Shown here piece after piece: positions 62,211-64,000 of a stretch of 64,000 bases of DNA. The notes beneath the pieces were generated by a model. It had not been told where the DNA came from, searched no databases, and saw nothing but the letters and a program-made list of their open reading frames with translations. Positions within the stretch are counted from its first letter, which is position 1, and the number at the start of each line of letters is the position of its first letter. Made by a program: the position numbers and the translations under genes. The stretch comes from Kondoa subrosea. Its lineage: Eukaryota. The stretch is taken from contig BCIN01000001.1 in NCBI GenBank assembly GCA_039545335.1, forward strand, positions 1 to 64,000. Reading direction: 5' to 3'.

Positions 62211-63322
62211 TCAGCTGACTTGTCTCCCATATCCATGCGCAAATGGCTTATTTGCATATCTTTCGACTTCCCTCCTTATTTGCCGATCCTTTCTTCCCTA
62301 GCAAGCGCAACGTTCTCCAAAGCTGGGGCAGTATAAGTCTGACTAGGCCTGAGAGGTAATCCAGCAGCAGGAGGAGCAGCTTCAAGCGTCGATCCTTGTT
62401 CCCCCGGTCGAGGTACAATGGTTGAACTTTCTTTCATCGCCGAGAGTTTCGCTTCGAGTGCTTTGATCTTAGCGTCCGTTCTATCCGTATATCAATCAGC
62501 GTTCTGGTAATGAGAGGTATTGAAATACTCACGAAGATGCGCGAGACTGTTTCGATAGGGATAAGAGGGTAGGTTTAGGTGGTTCTGCCTTCTTCTTTCT
62601 TGGTCCGCTCGATCGATTAAGCGCATCTAGTGGTGCCTGTCGAACGCAAGATGGAATCATCAGCTTCAAATTGATCGGCCAACCGCAAAACCGACCGCTT
62701 TTGACAATGAGACTGTCAACTTTCTCCCCCTAATCAACTTATCATTCGTTTCCACTAAAGCAGTCAAGGCTTCCTGAGGTATTGATCAGAATACTTCCCG
62801 TCGACTGCCACACTAAAACCAACTAACCTCCTTTTTATCAAATTCAACAAATGCGAACCCTCTCGGTTTGCCCTTTTGTGGACCAGCAGTATGAAAGAGA
62901 TAATCTAATTTGGTAATTTTGCCATAACGAGAGTATAATTGAACAAGAGTGTACCTAGAGTTCATCAGCATAACTTCTACTTTTGTGGTTTGATGGCTTT
63001 AACGCAACTCGTCACATGAAGGCGCTAGATTGCCTACGAACAGCTTCTTCTCGACAGTTTGAGTGGAAGCAGAGGGCATAAGGACAGCTTTGCCTTTGCC
63101 TTTCAGGTCTGACGTCGAGCGAGATGCGGCAGACAGTATTTCAGATGTAGAGGGTTCTGGAGACGCTGATATTCCCGCAATAGATGTTGCTGAGGATGTG
63201 AGACTTGGGTGAAGCGGGCTAGAGACAGAAGAGGCGTTGATAGACGAGCCCGAAAACACAACATCATGACCCTGCTCAATTTCCGCATGCTGGCCCTGCT
63301 GCTCTGCCAGATCTCCACTCAT
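62211..63322 (-). CDS. Single-RRM RNA-binding protein, RBM18-like
   Basis: KLFVGNL (RNP2), LDYLFH..GPQKGKPRGFAFVEF (RNP1), and C-terminal TDAKIKALEAKL. Confidence 0.85.
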
Positions 63323-63481
63323 GGTATATCACTTCAGTATGTGAGTGTCAGCAGACGCAGGTATTGAGGTCAGCTAGTGGCAGCTTGATTCCAAGAACGC
63401 TTTCGAAATTTAGCATCTCGCCCTCAAACCAAATGTCCAGAGTCTCGAATACGCTCTGACACGACGCTCTGATGCACTGAG

Positions 63482-64000
63482 ATGCTCTGCCATCAAGGCG
63501 CTGTCAAGGCCTATTGTAAAATAACACTTCCGCGGCTTGTCCCTTTGTTCTGCGCTGAGCCATTCTATTGCATTCTTGGCCTATGCTTTACTGGACAGAT
63601 GACTTCTTCTTACTCTCCTTATATTCCTTTTCCTCTCAAACAGTTGAAGTCCCTTTCGTATTGCTGGTCAATAACCTTCTCATCTCCACCTTATCTTCCG
63701 CGGACTCGATAAGCAAAGGGCTTCAAAGTCCAGTGATCCCTCAGATGTATTCTTCTATACCATATCAGTTGCTCCTACTCTGTTCGCTGCAGGCCAGCGT
63801 ACTAGCTCACGTATGTCTCTTTCATTGTTCTTATCGTATTCAACCTAATACAATGCTTTTGTAGAATTGGCTGCTTGATCCTCAGCCACGTATCGTAGCA
63901 GGTCTCTATGGCTCATCGAAATCGGAACAGAACAACTGCGAGAACAGTGATACGGACGTTCCTAGTGGGAATGTTTACAAGCGAGGTCAAGCGATTGATG
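63482..64000 (+). CDS. 5' part of an unidentified spliced gene running off the window
   Basis: GT..AG introns at about 63747-63768 and 63811-63864, then an open exon NWLLDPQPRIVAGLYGSSKSEQNNC... The start is not resolved. Confidence 0.3.

Overview
Gene-dense fungal genomic DNA with many ~45-60 nt spliceosomal introns. A basidiomycete is inferred from the protein families and intron style. The left ~6 kb looks subtelomeric: 10-bp C-rich tandem repeats at 1-40 cut off a Crypton-type tyrosine-recombinase gene, followed by an unknown spliced gene, degenerate AT-rich DNA and a doubly frameshifted ATP11. Housekeeping genes follow: Ser/Thr kinase, GT32 glycosyltransferase, GYP7, ROT1, a short cystathionine beta-synthase, an alpha/beta hydrolase, a ZCCHC10-like protein, GUT2 with EF-hands, SCC2, NDT1, NPP1, a Ser/Thr-rich membrane protein and SRS2. 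The right third holds a ~2.9 kb inverted duplication (about 43150-46085 and 59140-62080). Each copy is a head-to-head pair of a DUF2011-like gene and an intronless F-box gene, and the two genes have diverged very unevenly. The copies bracket ~13 kb that contains an oxidoreductase, a GEP4 + FIST-like in-frame fusion, a mitochondrial helical-repeat protein, FAD1 and a CRAL-TRIO gene. All gene models were spliced by eye. No searches or alignments were run, so identities are visual estimates.
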